Source: Candidatus Saccharimonadota bacterium (GTDB lineage Bacteria > Bacteroidota > Bacteroidia > Flavobacteriales > Blattabacteriaceae). Taken from it: DNA of 32,000 nucleotides. The stretch lies in NCBI RefSeq assembly GCF_033372575.1, contig NZ_CP104094.1:124923-156922 (forward strand), read 5' to 3'. Positions 30,901-32,000 of the stretch are shown here, piece by piece. Position 1 is the stretch's first letter. Each line of letters starts with the position of its first letter. A program made the position numbers and the translations under genes. The notes beneath the pieces were generated by a model. The model was given only the letters and a program-made list of their open reading frames with translations. It did no database searches and was not told where the DNA came from.

Positions 30901-32000
30901 TTAGGATCTACAATAATTACTGATCTAGCAGAATAATCAACTCTTTTACCTAATAAATTTTGTCTAAATCTACCTTGTTTACCTTTTAAAATATCTGATA
31001 ATGATTTTAAAATTCTATTAGAGTCAGATTTTACTGCAAATAATTTTCTTGAATTATCTAATAATGAATCTATAGATTCTTGTAATATACGTTTTTCATT
31101 TTTTAATATTACATTAGGAGCATTAATAGATATTAATTTTTTTAATCTATTATTTCTAATAATAATTTTTCTATAAAATTCATTTAAATCTGAACTAGCA
31201 TATTTACCTTCATCTAATGTAATAATAGGTCTTAAATCAGGTGGAATAACAGGTAAAATTTTAATTATCATATAGTGAGGTTTATTTTTATTTTTTCCTT
31301 TATGGAATAATTCAATAATTTTTAATTTTTTTAATAATTTAATTTTTTTAATATTATTTTTTTCTTTTTCAAAATTATTTTTAAAATTTGTAAATAATTT
31401 AGTAATATTAATATTTTTTAATAATTTATAAATTGCTTCTCCCCCAGTAGTAGCAATAAATTTAATATTTTTTTTATTTTTATTTTTATAAATATATTTT
31501 TTTATATTTAAATATTCTTCTTCATTAATAAGATCTAATTTATTTAAATAATGACCATTTTGTTTTTTAAATTTTAAATTTTTTATTTTTATAACTATAT
31601 ATTTTTCATAATAAATAATTGATTCTATATCCTTAGAAGATTTATTTAATAAATAAGAAATTTTATTCGGTAAACATCTAAAATACCATATATGCACAAT
31701 AGGAACACATAATTTAATATGTCCCATTCTTTTTCTTCTTACATTTTTTTTAGTTATTTTAATACCACATATATCACATATAATTCCGTTATATAATTTA
31801 TTTTTATATTTTCCACATGAACATTCATAATTTTTTATAGGACCAAATATTTTTTCACAAAATAATCCATTAATTTCAGGTTTTTTAGTTTTATAATTTA
31901 TAGTTTCAGGGGATAATACTTCCCCATATGATTGTTTTAAAATATATTTAGGGGAAGCTAATTTAATATAAATTTTATTAATATTATTCATATTATTCAT
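27906..32000 (-). CDS. rpoC: DNA-directed RNA polymerase beta-prime subunit (ATG exactly at the window end)
   Basis: [41 protein letters not shown], N-terminal Zn site YECSCGKYK...CDICG, [16 protein letters not shown], catalytic [14 protein letters not shown], a second Zn site [40 protein letters not shown]-type motif ([28 protein letters not shown]), and C-terminal [11 protein letters not shown]. Confidence 0.97.
   Translation of the reverse strand: [1364 protein letters not shown]

Overview
This window comes from an extremely A+T-rich, very gene-dense, reduced bacterial genome. By eye, G+C is far below 20% outside the tRNAs and the most conserved genes. Proteins are dominated by Ile, Lys, Asn, Leu, Phe and Tyr. 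Intergenic spacers are mostly under 100 bp, several genes overlap, and I see no Shine-Dalgarno motifs. Three things point to a Bacteroidota (Flavobacteriales-type) obligate insect endosymbiont, though this is inference and I cannot name the organism: the DnaK signature ([14 protein letters not shown]), the rplM-rpsI-rpsB-tsf cluster, and a COG1579-like coiled-coil protein.

I support 23 protein-coding genes, one of which (dnaE) is split into two ORFs, plus 5 tRNAs. All are housekeeping:
- Plus strand: mutS, tRNA-Gly, tRNA-Leu, dnaE, dnaK, tRNA-Asp, a COG1579-like ORF, hisS, ychF, a dapA-like ORF, gyrA, rplS, rpmH.
- Minus strand: rnz (partial), trpS, rplU, glyQS, tRNA-Phe, tsf, rpsB, rpsI, rplM, tRNA-Arg, tgt, pheT, a dnaN-like ORF, rplY, rsfS, rpoC.

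The standard code applies: UGA is used as a stop and Trp is TGG. I found no mobile element, CRISPR array, defence or toxin system, or large non-coding region, and I do not see a novel multi-gene system here.

The unusual signals are at a finer scale:
1. The essential dnaE carries an N-terminal epsilon-like exonuclease. It is broken by a frameshift exactly inside a 14-nt poly(A) tract, and it has no clean start codon next to an 11-nt poly(T) tract.
2. tRNAs abut or overlap CDSs in a mitochondrion-like punctuation layout. The tsf stop codon lies inside tRNA-Phe.
3. Near-perfect in-frame tandem repeats sit in dnaK (12 x 15 bp at the C-terminus) and gyrA ((GATAAT)n in the linker).
4. By-eye alignment suggests loss of the zinc site in Tgt, of all zinc-ribbon cysteines in the COG1579-like protein, and of the Schiff-base lysine in the DapA-like ORF.
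5. Every non-TAA stop codon is one constrained by an overlapping gene.
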